Assembly (NCBI GenBank): GCA_963710375.1
Contig: CAVPZX010000008.1
Coordinates: forward strand, 265,138 to 329,137
Direction of reading: 5' to 3'
Length of the DNA stretch: 64,000 nucleotides
Origin: Nitrospirota bacterium
GTDB lineage: Bacteria > Nitrospirota > Thermodesulfovibrionia > Thermodesulfovibrionales > Dissulfurispiraceae
Notes under the pieces: model-generated
The model's input: the letters and a program-made list of their open reading frames with translations, nothing else
What the model was told of the DNA's origin: nothing
Databases searched by the model: none
Shown here: in pieces, positions 1 through 12,148 of the stretch
Numbering within the stretch: the stretch's first letter is position 1
Layout: the number at the start of each line of letters is the position of its first letter
Translations under genes and position numbers: made by a program

Positions 1-2
1 CT

Positions 3-1406
3 CGTACACCGTTGTCCGACATCGATAGTGTTCCCTGGCCCGATTATGAAGGTGTCAATACCGAGGATTACCTTACACTACAGAAACCTTCAGACTGCTA
101 TTACCGTAGCATCGTTGACAATCCACGTGAACTGGCTCTTATAGCAAGCCGTTCCTGTCCCTACAAATGCACCTTCTGCTATCATCCTTTGGGGAATAAA
201 TACCGACAGCGGAGCCTTGACTCCATTTTCGAGGAAATAGAATTTCTTGTTCTGCGTTATAAAATAAATATACTGGCCATATATGACGAATTATTCTCTA
301 GCGATCTTAATAGACTAAGCGAATTCTGCACCAGGATTAAGAAATACGGCATCCACTGGTCTGCTCAACTAAGAGTGGACAAAGTAAACCGCGAGATACT
401 GTCCCTGATGAAAGACTCGGGATGTTATATCATCAGTTACGGGATAGAAAGCGCGCAAGATGAGATACTGAAGAGCCTCAAGAAGTACATTACTGTGGCC
501 CAAATCGAAAATGCCCTTCGGTTAACAAACGACTCGAAAATTTGTGTACAAGGGAATATTATTATCGGGGCTGAGGATGAAACAATCGAAACGGCCAACA
601 CCTCCTTGCGTTGGGCCCTTGATAACTGGACCTATCAGTTGGGCGTCAACCATATACAGGTTTATCCTGGCAGTGAACTATATGCCATAGCTCTTAAAAA
701 GGGAATTATTACCGACAAAGCTGCCTATATCGAGGCACGCTGTCCAGTCATAAATGTCACTAAAATGACAAGTGAAGAATTTTCCAGCGTATCAGCTTCC
801 ATCAAAAAAATGAGGTTCCCCAAAATTACAAGTGTCGCTGAAATTATCTCTTTGGAGAAAAAAACTGAGGATTCTTTCGGCCGGGACTCATACTATCTAA
901 AGTTGCGCTGTCAGTACTGCCGCCAGGAAGTTGAATACAACAATATGGCTGGACCAATGCCCCATGGAAATAGCCTCTTCTTCTGCAGGAAATGCTTTAT
1001 GCGTTACGAAATACCGCTTTATTTTAGCGGCCTGCTGAATTACGAGTCCTTTAAGGCCCTTAACTCGGCAATTGACTATATATTGAACAGGCTTAAGCAG
1101 GATACCAAAATCGCTCTGTGGGGCTTCAACGACGTTACCTACCTGGTTTTTGTCATCACAAGACTGTGCCAGAAAAAAATTGCATGCATTTTCGACAGCA
1201 GGAAAGAGGTACAAGGACAGGAAATGGACGGGGTTAAAGTAATACCACTGCCTGACAATGCCGCCGAAGCCCTTTCGTACGCAGATGCCATTATCATAAC
1301 TTCGAACAACAACCGTACCGAACTGCAGGCGCGGGAAGCTGATCTTCAAAAAGCCGGCATAATGATAGCCGATCTGCACATTAAAGTAGGGGCCAGTGAT
1401 CTTTAA
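3..1406 (+). CDS. Radical SAM protein, probably cobalamin-binding class (N-terminus cut by window edge)
   Basis: CxxxCxxC motif SRSCPYKCTFC, YDELF and YGIESA motifs; C-terminal CQYC/CRKC pairs and Rossmann-like tail (IALWGFN); frame is open to the window start. Confidence 0.85.
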   Translation, partial: RTPLSDIDSVPWPDYEGVNTEDYLTLQKPSDCYYRSIVDNPRELALIASRSCPYKCTFCYHPLGNKYRQRSLDSIFEEIEFLVLRYKINILAIYDELFSSDLNRLSEFCTRIKKYGIHWSAQLRVDKVNREILSLMKDSGCYIISYGIESAQDEILKSLKKYITVAQIENALRLTNDSKICVQGNIIIGAEDETIETANTSLRWALDNWTYQLGVNHIQVYPGSELYAIALKKGIITDKAAYIEARCPVINVTKMTSEEFSSVSASIKKMRFPKITSVAEIISLEKKTEDSFGRDSYYLKLRCQYCRQEVEYNNMAGPMPHGNSLFFCRKCFMRYEIPLYFSGLLNYESFKALNSAIDYILNRLKQDTKIALWGFNDVTYLVFVITRLCQKKIACIFDSRKEVQGQEMDGVKVIPLPDNAAEALSYADAIIITSNNNRTELQAREADLQKAGIMIADLHIKVGASDL

Positions 1407-3395
1407 ATCGGTAAATCCCTTGAGTGACGCAGAAAATCATCATCTTTTGGCAAAAAGCCTACCCATTTCGTAAAAAACCTGACCCTGTTCTTCCAATTCT
1501 CATCAGAGACATCTTCCAGAAAAAAAGTCTCCTTATAATTAAATGCAAGACAATCAGGCAGGTATCTTATTGGAATACTCAATTCTTTTGCCTTAAGGCA
1601 TATATCCGGCTCAATAAGATGATTTGCCAGCCCATCATCAAATCCTCCAACTGATTCGAATACGCTTCTATGCATACCAATCATTCCACCGCCCAGAGCA
1701 TCCCTATGTGTGTTGAGTATTATGTCCTCTTTTATAAGGTAAGGCGTAAAGTTAAAATCAAAGCCTATGCCGAGACAGTAAGGCGTCAAATCCGGGTTCT
1801 TTATCGGCACTCCGGCTATCCCGTCTTTCATGGCATTGGCCATGCCTTCATCTGTAGAGTACACAATGCCGGGTCTTATAAAAACCAGATATTCACCTGA
1901 TGATATTTCAGCGCCGGTATTGTAGAGATGAGCAAGATTTCCTTCAGCCGCGATAATGCTTACACCTCCTGTAATATGGGAAAGCGTTTCCTTTATGCCG
2001 CTGTCACTCACGACAATTACAACTTCCCAATCCTTATGTTTCACATTCCGGGGAAGAGACGCAAGAGTTGCCATCAATGCTTCGGAATCATGTCCTGAAG
2101 GAACAATAAAACTGACCTTACCCGCACTAATTTCCTTTTGCAAGGCTGCCGAGCCCCTTTGTCTACTCCCCCTCACATCTAAAATATAACTCATAACACC
2201 TATCGCCCTTTCCACAGACTTGCCATCGAGTTTATAATAATTGTCGGCTAAAAATTTGCCGAGGCGGGCCTGCAAGTCAGAAGGGACTCCTTTTTCCATT
2301 GTGCTGAATAGGCTTGCCCAGTTCCCAAGTGGATAAACAGACTGTGCAACGCCCTCATTAACAAGATAATCATTTGTTAAATCCGGATCCGGAACAGAAA
2401 AGAGCGGCTTGCCAAAGGCCAATGCTTCTATATTGAGTGTTGTCTTGCCCAGGGCCACGCAATAATCCGAGATAGCAATTAACTTGTAGGGGTCATAGGT
2501 ATCACAAATAATAGCAGCTGTATTAATCTCCCTGAATATCTCCTTAATTTGTTCAACAGGTTTCTTTAATACATTGGGGTGCCACTTGAATATTAAAACA
2601 GCGCTGTCTTCGACCCTTTCAAGTCCATGCAACAATGCCTCCCAAACGTCCTTTCTTATCATTCCCCCATATTTTACTCCTACCAGAAAGAGAACGATTT
2701 TTTTGTCTGGCCGGATGGCCAGTTCCTTCCTGATCGCATTTCTCACTTCATGACCTGAATATTCCTTAATAGCGCCCTCGATATGAGTATTTCCTACAGG
2801 AAACATTTTATCCACCGAGCATTTGTATCTCGACAGCCTCTCTTTTGTCACATTGCCCCATAGCAGGTTGGCGGTAGAATATTCTGTGTGCATAGCATTG
2901 CCGATCTGACCCGTATAATAATCCCCTTCCTGAAATGTCACAAGAGGTATTTTGTTCTTATAACAGAGATGGCCTATTATCTTGCCCCAGCGTCCGCATT
3001 CATGATGGACCAGAAACAGGTCAGGCCTCTCAACCTCCATAAACCTCTCCATACAAAAATACTCTTCTATAAATTCCTTGAAGATCCAGGTTTCCTTAAA
3101 CAGGGGCCAGCGCCGAAATCCTTTCCACCTGAAACAAATAGCTGACCAGCGTTCGAACAGACTCAGATAACCCGGTATTGATCTTATTCACAACATCGTC
3201 CGTCAAGTAATCGGTAAAATGCCTGTACCACAGGTTACGCTCAATCATGTCAAGCTCATAGGGATAATCCGACAACGGCGTGACAAAAAGGATGTCGCCT
3301 TTATGTTTTCTTATTTCCTCTCTGATAGGCATAAAAAACCTTGTATGATGAGGAAATGCCAGGAAACTCGCTATTTTCTTCCCTTTGAGGCTCAT
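1403..3395 (-). CDS. Polysaccharide/glycan biosynthesis protein (GT-B-like N-terminal region plus GT2-like C-terminal domain), split by a +1 frameshift near 3171-3173
   Basis: Removing one base of the CCC at 3171-3173 joins ORF 3096..3395 to 1403..3052 (NTGYLSLFERWSAICFRWK...EEYFCMERF); FKWHP motif; VSFIVP...WEVVIV and FESVGGFD GT2-like motifs. Confidence 0.65.
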
Positions 3396-4567
3396 CGTTT
3401 TCCCGCTGTCAGCTCGTTGATGATATCAATCATGCCGACTGTATCATTCTTTGTTTTATAGGCCCTTTTGAGGGACCGGGCAAGTGTAACGGGACTTTTT
3501 ATAAACATAACACCATCATTGTCAGGCATTGGGTCATTCATCGGATTATATATCCATGCACCCTTTCCATTCAGGGCCGAAAATTCAACCGGAGAGATAT
3601 AGGATGGAGATATTGCAACATCAGAAATCATGACAACGGGCACAATACTGTCTGGTCCAACCACATAAAATCTACCCTTGATTTTCTGCAGATATTTGAG
3701 AAAAACCCCCTCTATGATTTTATCTTCCGTAAATTCCCGTATAACAAAATTGCGCTTGACCAGGAATAACACGACCGGAATCCGGGTTTCTGTAATGACC
3801 CTGAAAATCTCCGTCAACTGGGGCCTGAACCTTGAATGGTTAAAAACCACTACGCCCAGCTCGGAACGGCTCACGGTTATCTGTGAATTATAGAGATGGT
3901 TTTTATAGACGTCTTCTATAGTAGATAAAGAATATATGTCTTTGATGTCCGTCAATACACTTATTTTTTCCGGAGCAATCCCTTTTTTAACATAAAATTG
4001 TTTTTCATATTCTTTTCTAACGATAATGGCATCCATTAGTCCGGCCATGAGCAGGCCGCTTTCGACTGCAGGGTAAACCTGGTATCCCGCCACCTTTATA
4101 CCTGCCTCTTTGGCGTCAAACAGCAAGGTGGTATAAAAGACATCGACGACATCAGAAATGGCTTCGTCATAATTCATTAACGGAAATAAAACCATATCAG
4201 CATCGATACCGCCAATTTCCGGGAAGGAGGATCCTGATAAATGCCCCCAGAAATCATCAAATGCAGTGGGCTTCCATAATTTCAGGTCTGTTCCCGGCAC
4301 AACCATATCATATGTATATTGAACAAAACCTTTTGCAAGGTCATCTCTAAAAGCATCGGTAACAGGCAGCGATTCCGCCTCGATGATCCTTGTAAGAATA
4401 TTGGAAGATGGACTGCCGAGTTTTTTATTTATGTCATCATATACCTCATTTGAAATAGTCAAAACCTCCACAATAAAATGCTTCGATAGTCCATTCAGCA
4501 AATGACAAATTCTCCCCGACGTCGCAAAATAATCGCGTTCGCTGACAGGAAAGAGCAGTTTCTTCAT
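3392..4567 (-). CDS. Hypothetical protein, possibly GT-B-like, in glycosylation locus
   Basis: 391-aa ORF with 4-bp overlaps to both neighbours; no motif recognised with confidence. Confidence 0.6.
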   Translation of the reverse strand: MKKLLFPVSERDYFATSGRICHLLNGLSKHFIVEVLTISNEVYDDINKKLGSPSSNILTRIIEAESLPVTDAFRDDLAKGFVQYTYDMVVPGTDLKLWKPTAFDDFWGHLSGSSFPEIGGIDADMVLFPLMNYDEAISDVVDVFYTTLLFDAKEAGIKVAGYQVYPAVESGLLMAGLMDAIIVRKEYEKQFYVKKGIAPEKISVLTDIKDIYSLSTIEDVYKNHLYNSQITVSRSELGVVVFNHSRFRPQLTEIFRVITETRIPVVLFLVKRNFVIREFTEDKIIEGVFLKYLQKIKGRFYVVGPDSIVPVVMISDVAISPSYISPVEFSALNGKGAWIYNPMNDPMPDNDGVMFIKSPVTLARSLKRAYKTKNDTVGMIDIINELTAGKR

Positions 4568-6690
4568 GAATTCTCCTCGTCGCTCCTGATGGCTGTTACC
4601 GACTGAAAAAATCGCTCAAGTTCTCTCACCGCATCAATGTTATCATAAAATATATTATTCCTTTCGAGTATCTTTATACTTATTTTCTCTCTCCAATCTG
4701 CATCGTTGGCCAGTCGCAACGCTAACTGAATGTATTGTTCGCTGTTATTGCTGATGAGATCCATGATATCCATTTTCTTATAGTAGGCGTATGTAAAACG
4801 GCTTGCCATCCTGCTTGAAGGCCATGTTACTATCGGACAGCCGACTGAAAATAACTCCAGGCTGGTTGTGCCGCCACAAAAATAAGGTGTATCCAATACA
4901 GCATCCGCACTTCTCAAAAGACTGAGAAAATCATCGATAGGAAGACGGGGCAAAAAAATTATCCTGTCCGAAACATCAGGCATTGATCGCAAGAACCGCT
5001 CCATAAGCAAGGTGCTCCAATGCTTGTTCGCATCATCAAATAAAATGAGCAGGCCCTTATTGTCGCGTCGTAAAATCTCACCTAAGACAGCATCAAAATC
5101 CGGGTGGAATTTGATTAAGCTTTGAGGCGCAACATATAATCTGCTGTCTGCCGGCAACCCCACCCTTCTCCTGATCTCCAGCGAGCCTGTTAATTCAACA
5201 ACAGCAGGTCGATAAAAATAATTTGGCACATTTTTCATTCTGACAAGACATTCCGAGTATTGAGTTTCAGAACCCTCCGGCTCGAAGTCTTCACAGGATA
5301 TAAAGTAATCCAAATTGGGTATCCCGGTTGTGTCAGGATGCCCCCATGTGACACACTGCACAGGAGCCAACCTGGAGAAAGCAAGGAAATAAGTAAAGGG
5401 GTCCATTCCGATATCAGTATAAAACAGGATATCCAGCTCACATTCGGCTATCTGCTCCCGAGCCGTTTCCAAAGCAGGAGCGAGCGACACTGATTTACCG
5501 GCATTTCGTTCTATGAATTGCGATATTTCATCGGATCTCTTTTTGCCAAAGAAAACATTGACATTAAAAAGCTCACGGGACAGGTTCGCAATGACCCCCC
5601 GGAAATGTTTACCCATAGTATGTTCGCAAAAATAGCTCGAAATAAAACCGATCTTTATTTTTCCTGTCCTCTCAATATTCCCTCCATTTTTGCAATGCGG
5701 CGCCGTATAAAGCAGCGAAGGGCAGGCATCTGCATAAAGCTTTGCTATCTTAATCTGCAATTCCCGATTGTTGAGCCCATGATATGCCAAAAAAAAGTTT
5801 GTTTGACCAATATCCTTAAGAGGATTATTCAGGACAACACCCGATTGTAGGAAGTCATCTATGGCATGGTCAAACTGCCGGCGAAAATGCAGAACACTTT
5901 CTTTGGACGGCATGATTATCGGCGGCAGTGCTGCCAATTTTATTTTCACGCCGGCACTGTGTGTTAACTCAAATACTTTTCGGTAATGGGCCTTAGCTTC
6001 CTCAATCTTGCCCTGGTCCGCAAGCGCATTACCCAGATTGTAATGCGCCTCATGAAAATCAGGTTTTGAGGACACAGCCCTGCGGAAAAAGGGTATTGCT
6101 TCATCTATCTTCCACTGCTCTGCAAGCGCATTGCCCAGATTGAAATTAGCCATGTGCGAATCGGGTTTTAGGGACACAGCCACGTAGTAACAGGCTGTCG
6201 CTTCTACCAGCTTACCTTGCTCTTTAAACGCATTGCCCAGATTGTATTGGGCCTCGAAAGAACGAGGGTCCAAAGACACGGCCCGGTGATAACAGGCTAT
6301 CGCTTCATCCAGTTTACCCTGCTCCGCAAGCACGGAGCCCAGATTATTGAGCGCCTCGAAATAATCCGGATTTAAAGATAATGCACGGCGGTAACAGGCA
6401 ATTGCTTCATCAGGTTTAATCAAAGCTCGATACACATTGCCGGCATTATTATGATACAAAGGAATCGCCTGATTTACATTTATCGCTTTTTCAATTAAAC
6501 CGATCGCAGTTTCGTTCTGCCCAAGTTGATTGGCAATAACGCCGAGTAAGTGTAATGCGTCAGCATTGTCGGGTTGAGTCTGCAATACTTGATGATAAAT
6601 AGCTTCTGCTTGTTGCAGCTCACCTTTCTGGTGGTGCTTTAACGCCAGTTGCAGTGCATCAGTAACAGCTAAGTGCTCCGGTTTGTTCAT
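4564..6690 (-). CDS. TPR-containing O-GlcNAc transferase-like protein (GT41/SPINDLY family)
   Basis: About 7 TPRs (ALNNLGSVLAEQGKLDEAIACY) followed by KIKIGFIS, LAPVQCVTWGHPDTTG and LDTPYFCGGTTSLE motifs. Confidence 0.9.
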   Translation of the reverse strand: MNKPEHLAVTDALQLALKHHQKGELQQAEAIYHQVLQTQPDNADALHLLGVIANQLGQNETAIGLIEKAINVNQAIPLYHNNAGNVYRALIKPDEAIACYRRALSLNPDYFEALNNLGSVLAEQGKLDEAIACYHRAVSLDPRSFEAQYNLGNAFKEQGKLVEATACYYVAVSLKPDSHMANFNLGNALAEQWKIDEAIPFFRRAVSSKPDFHEAHYNLGNALADQGKIEEAKAHYRKVFELTHSAGVKIKLAALPPIIMPSKESVLHFRRQFDHAIDDFLQSGVVLNNPLKDIGQTNFFLAYHGLNNRELQIKIAKLYADACPSLLYTAPHCKNGGNIERTGKIKIGFISSYFCEHTMGKHFRGVIANLSRELFNVNVFFGKKRSDEISQFIERNAGKSVSLAPALETAREQIAECELDILFYTDIGMDPFTYFLAFSRLAPVQCVTWGHPDTTGIPNLDYFISCEDFEPEGSETQYSECLVRMKNVPNYFYRPAVVELTGSLEIRRRVGLPADSRLYVAPQSLIKFHPDFDAVLGEILRRDNKGLLILFDDANKHWSTLLMERFLRSMPDVSDRIIFLPRLPIDDFLSLLRSADAVLDTPYFCGGTTSLELFSVGCPIVTWPSSRMASRFTYAYYKKMDIMDLISNNSEQYIQLALRLANDADWREKISIKILERNNIFYDNIDAVRELERFFQSVTAIRSDEENS

Positions 6691-6890
6691 TTCTTAGCCC
6701 ACAACTTGCGTCAAAACGTGATTCATGTTGTATTTTAGCAAATATTGCACCCCTATTGCCGGGCGAAGGCTTCTAACGGTAGCAGACTCCGCTTCACTTC
6801 CCCGCACAGTTCTGGCATGTTGAATGAATGAATAGAAACTCATAAGAAAAAATGTTATGATTGAGTAATTTCCCCAAAAGGAGGCGAACT

Positions 6891-7112
6891 ATGCGAGTAA
6901 TGGATATTCCACAAATTAAAAAATTAAGTGTACCCGAAAAGATTCTTCTTGCCGAGGATCTGTGGGATAGCATATCTTCTGAAGAATCTACTATCCCTGT
7001 TCCAGAGAGCCACATGACAGAGTTGGACAGACGGCTTGCTAGACATGCCTCCAGTCCGGGAGGACTTTTATCTCTGGATGAGCTTCGGAAAAGAATAGAA
7101 GCAAGCAAATGA
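6891..7112 (+). CDS. Putative addiction-module antitoxin
   Basis: LSVPEKILLAEDLWDSI...ELDRRL pattern typical of this antitoxin family; GGAGG RBS upstream; overlaps the toxin by ATGA. Confidence 0.8.
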   Translation: MRVMDIPQIKKLSVPEKILLAEDLWDSISSEESTIPVPESHMTELDRRLARHASSPGGLLSLDELRKRIEASK

Positions 7113-7420
7113 CTTATGACCTGCGGTTTCTTCCCGAAGTTGAAGAAGATATCGTCAACGGTTATGTTTGGTATGAAACAAAATCCAGAGGGCTCGGTGA
7201 AGACTTTCTTCGCATGTTCTATGTTTGTGCAAATGAAATTCTCTGCAATCCGCTGCTTTACCGGAAAGTTCATCTGAACTTTCGGAGGCGTCTGCTTCGT
7301 CGATTTCCCTACGCTATCTATTTTATGATAGAGAACGACCAGATCGTTGTATTTGGGCTTTTTCATTGTGCGCGCTACCCACAAGCTATAAATGCAGAAC
7401 TCCAAAATAGAGAAAAATAG
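7109..7420 (+). CDS. RelE/ParE family toxin
   Basis: 103 aa; WYE...GLGEDF...RRFPYAIYF...FHCAR pattern; directly downstream of the antitoxin. Confidence 0.85.
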   Translation: MTYDLRFLPEVEEDIVNGYVWYETKSRGLGEDFLRMFYVCANEILCNPLLYRKVHLNFRRRLLRRFPYAIYFMIENDQIVVFGLFHCARYPQAINAELQNREK

Positions 7421-7491
7421 AGGCCATTCCGCAGGATGCGGTACGACCGCCGCACCTGTGACCTCAGTCGATGGATTAGATTTCAGAAGAT

Positions 7492-9544
<2,053 letters not shown>

Positions 9545-9568
9545 TAAGGAGCACTGAGTAATAATTTT

Positions 9569-10333
9569 TCAATCTCCCTTAACCTTGCCGACAGGTGCGA
9601 GGTAGATCGCAAACTCGTCACTCCCATCAACACCCAAAAGTTTGTCTAACAACTCTTGATGATATGCAGCAACTGCACAGGTGGCAGCGCGGATCGCCTC
9701 ACAGGCGATATAGAGGTTTTGGCAGACATGACCCGCATCAATGGCAATGACCTTGTGTGCGGCTATGTCATATCGCCACTCCATCCGATAGGGTATGGCA
9801 GTCCAAATGAAAGTAACAGCAGACTTCCCTACGAAAACCTGTCCCAGGGCTGCCTCAGAGATCCTGGAGGATAAGTGCGCCGGCTGAGAAACCGGCAGCA
9901 GCTGATGTTCCACCGGCAGATAGCGATATATCCCCTCTTCAAGCCCTGCAACATTAAAGACACAGAGATAGGTCTCAAGTGCATGCCTGCATCCTGCAGA
10001 CGGAACCACTCTGAAGGCGTTGCCCGGCGAAGCGGGCTTCCGGACCCCCTGAGTTGCCCAGAGCAGAAAGGAAAGCTCTTTCATTGAAAGCGGTACTGCA
10101 TTGAAAACCCGGCGGCTCCTTCTGTGGTCAATCGCGGTAAAGACATCAATAACCGGGATATCGCGAAGTTTTTCAGCCGGGACGAGATCGATACATTGAG
10201 TTCCGCTGGGGATAGGTTTTTCGAGAGGCGGAGGGGCTATCCCTCTGTTCTGATCGGTATTGCTGAAATCAACCTCCTGCCTCACTGTATCCTTCAGAAA
10301 ATCCCTGAACCTGTCACGCGATAATCTATCCAT
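9569..10333 (-). CDS. SagB/ThcOx-type nitroreductase-family protein
   Basis: RRSRRVF, LSFLLWATQG, RVVPSAG, DAGHVCQNLY motifs. Confidence 0.85.
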   Translation of the reverse strand: MDRLSRDRFRDFLKDTVRQEVDFSNTDQNRGIAPPPLEKPIPSGTQCIDLVPAEKLRDIPVIDVFTAIDHRRSRRVFNAVPLSMKELSFLLWATQGVRKPASPGNAFRVVPSAGCRHALETYLCVFNVAGLEEGIYRYLPVEHQLLPVSQPAHLSSRISEAALGQVFVGKSAVTFIWTAIPYRMEWRYDIAAHKVIAIDAGHVCQNLYIACEAIRAATCAVAAYHQELLDKLLGVDGSDEFAIYLAPVGKVKGD

Positions 10334-10346
10334 TTTTGTTCTTCCC

Positions 10347-10844
10347 TTAAGACCGTATGTCTTCTCCGGCGGCTTCAAGAAGGAATTTCATTGCAAAATA
10401 AGAAGCCTTTTCCTTATTTGCAGCCCTGTCGCCCGACAACAACAGCTCTTTGACAATAGTTTTCCCCTCGCTGCTTACTGCGATATATACAAGCCCTCTT
10501 TCCTTACCTTCAAGCACGTCCGGGCCGAGATTGCCTGTGGTAGCAAGGGCGTAGTCTGTCTTAAGCAATGCCCTCACCCTCTCCGCCATTTCACGCGCAA
10601 CAGTTTCGCTTATTACGCCGTATGTTTCGATAGTATCCGGAGCAAGGCCGAGAATGCTCAGCTTTGAAGTATTTGAGTAGGTCACAAGGCCTGCCTGAAA
10701 AAAAACGCTCGAGCCGGGCAGCATTGTCATGAAGTGGCTGATCAGGCCGCCCGTGCACGATTCAGCAACCGCAAGGGTCAACCCTTTCCCGGTGAACAGT
10801 TTATGCACACGCCTGATGCTGCCCTGCACATCTTCATCCATCAC
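10347..10844 (-). CDS. pncC: Nicotinamide-nucleotide amidohydrolase (CinA C-terminal family)
   Basis: LAVAESCTGGLI, TYSN..K, ATTG..GP motifs. Confidence 0.9.
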   Translation of the reverse strand: MMDEDVQGSIRRVHKLFTGKGLTLAVAESCTGGLISHFMTMLPGSSVFFQAGLVTYSNTSKLSILGLAPDTIETYGVISETVAREMAERVRALLKTDYALATTGNLGPDVLEGKERGLVYIAVSSEGKTIVKELLLSGDRAANKEKASYFAMKFLLEAAGEDIRS

Positions 10845-10906
10845 TATAAACTATAATGAAAAAACCTGCGTGTCAAGAATTTTATTTTCTGAAGTATAAT
10901 AGAGTC

Positions 10907-12148
10907 ATGGGCACTCAATACCGGAAGATTGAAGAACCAGATGAGCTTGTCCTTGTAAGGCAGCTCATCAATGGTACCATGCTTCCCTGTGATATGTTTA
11001 TAAAAGAGAACGACACTTTCAAGTTGCTCTTTAACAGGGAGGTCCTCTATACGAAAATTTCAGAGGACATCTTGAAAGAAAAAGGCATATCCGAAGTCTA
11101 CATTTTTAAGAGAGATGTCCCCAACTTCGACTCTTACATCTCCAGGAACCGTTCGCTAAATCGGAACAGAGATGTCAACAGCAGTGGGATATTCAAAGAA
11201 TATGCGTTCCAGAAAGAAAAGCACTATCAGATCGATGCCGCAGTTCTGACGCCTGGCACAAATATACATTTTAGCCTCTTTGTCGTGAATAAACTGAATT
11301 TTTCTCCGCTTGTTGAAGCGACCGACCAGCATCCGGCTGTTGTCAACGACAGCGTGTTGAACATCGCTGGTGACGTCGTCATAAAGAAATCCGACGTGCC
11401 CCTCTACCTTGAATATATCTCTTCCCTGGGGCAATACTCTAAGCAGCTCGAAAACACTGACACAAAAATAAAAGCGATTGCCCTGAGAGAGACCTCAAAG
11501 GCCGTATTGCAGAATTTCCTTGACGACCCGAAGAGCGGTGAGAAAATAAAAGAGGTAAACACGCTGGTCAACAGCATGATCGACTTTATCCTGCAGGACA
11601 AGGATGCAATATATATGCTTTTGTCCATGAAAGGATACGATTATTATACCTATACCCATTCGGTCAATGTCGCCGCACTATCCATCAGCATGGGGATTTT
11701 AACAGGTATGAAGCAGGATGACATGGAAAAACTCGGCATGGGGGCCATGCTTCATGACATCGGAAAAAGTCAGATCTCGCACGAAATATTGGGCAAGCAG
11801 GGCAAGCTTAGTAATGTCGAATACAATATGATTAAAAGCCATGTCCTCGAAGGCGAGAAAATCATGCGCAACCATAAGGACTTTTCAGCAGAGTCTTTAT
11901 ATGCTGTATTACAGCACCACGAAAAGCTGTCCGGCAAGGGATATCCACTAGGCCTTGCCGGGAAAGAGATAAGCCTTTTCGGCAGAATTTCCGCTATCGC
12001 CGACTGCTATGACGCATTGACAACACGGCGGCCCTACAAAGCGGCCTTTACACCGTTTAATGCCCTTTTGATGATTTCCAAAGATACAGGAGACTACGAT
12101 GCCGAACTTTTAGCGGTCTTCATAAGAATGTTAGGCAAGATAAAGTAA
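10907..12148 (+). CDS. HD-GYP domain cyclic dinucleotide phosphodiesterase
   Basis: YTYTHSVNV, LHDIGK, HHEKLSGKGYP, IADCYDALTTRRPYK. Confidence 0.9.
   Translation: MGTQYRKIEEPDELVLVRQLINGTMLPCDMFIKENDTFKLLFNREVLYTKISEDILKEKGISEVYIFKRDVPNFDSYISRNRSLNRNRDVNSSGIFKEYAFQKEKHYQIDAAVLTPGTNIHFSLFVVNKLNFSPLVEATDQHPAVVNDSVLNIAGDVVIKKSDVPLYLEYISSLGQYSKQLENTDTKIKAIALRETSKAVLQNFLDDPKSGEKIKEVNTLVNSMIDFILQDKDAIYMLLSMKGYDYYTYTHSVNVAALSISMGILTGMKQDDMEKLGMGAMLHDIGKSQISHEILGKQGKLSNVEYNMIKSHVLEGEKIMRNHKDFSAESLYAVLQHHEKLSGKGYPLGLAGKEISLFGRISAIADCYDALTTRRPYKAAFTPFNALLMISKDTGDYDAELLAVFIRMLGKIK

Noticed and set aside
6794..7405. 203-aa minus-strand ORF over the TA pair
   Set aside because: Antisense shadow of two well-supported plus-strand genes; no recognisable motif.
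9569..10333. RiPP (azole) biosynthetic cluster around the SagB-like gene
   Set aside because: No YcaO, precursor peptide or transporter adjacent; stand-alone nitroreductase-family genes are common.
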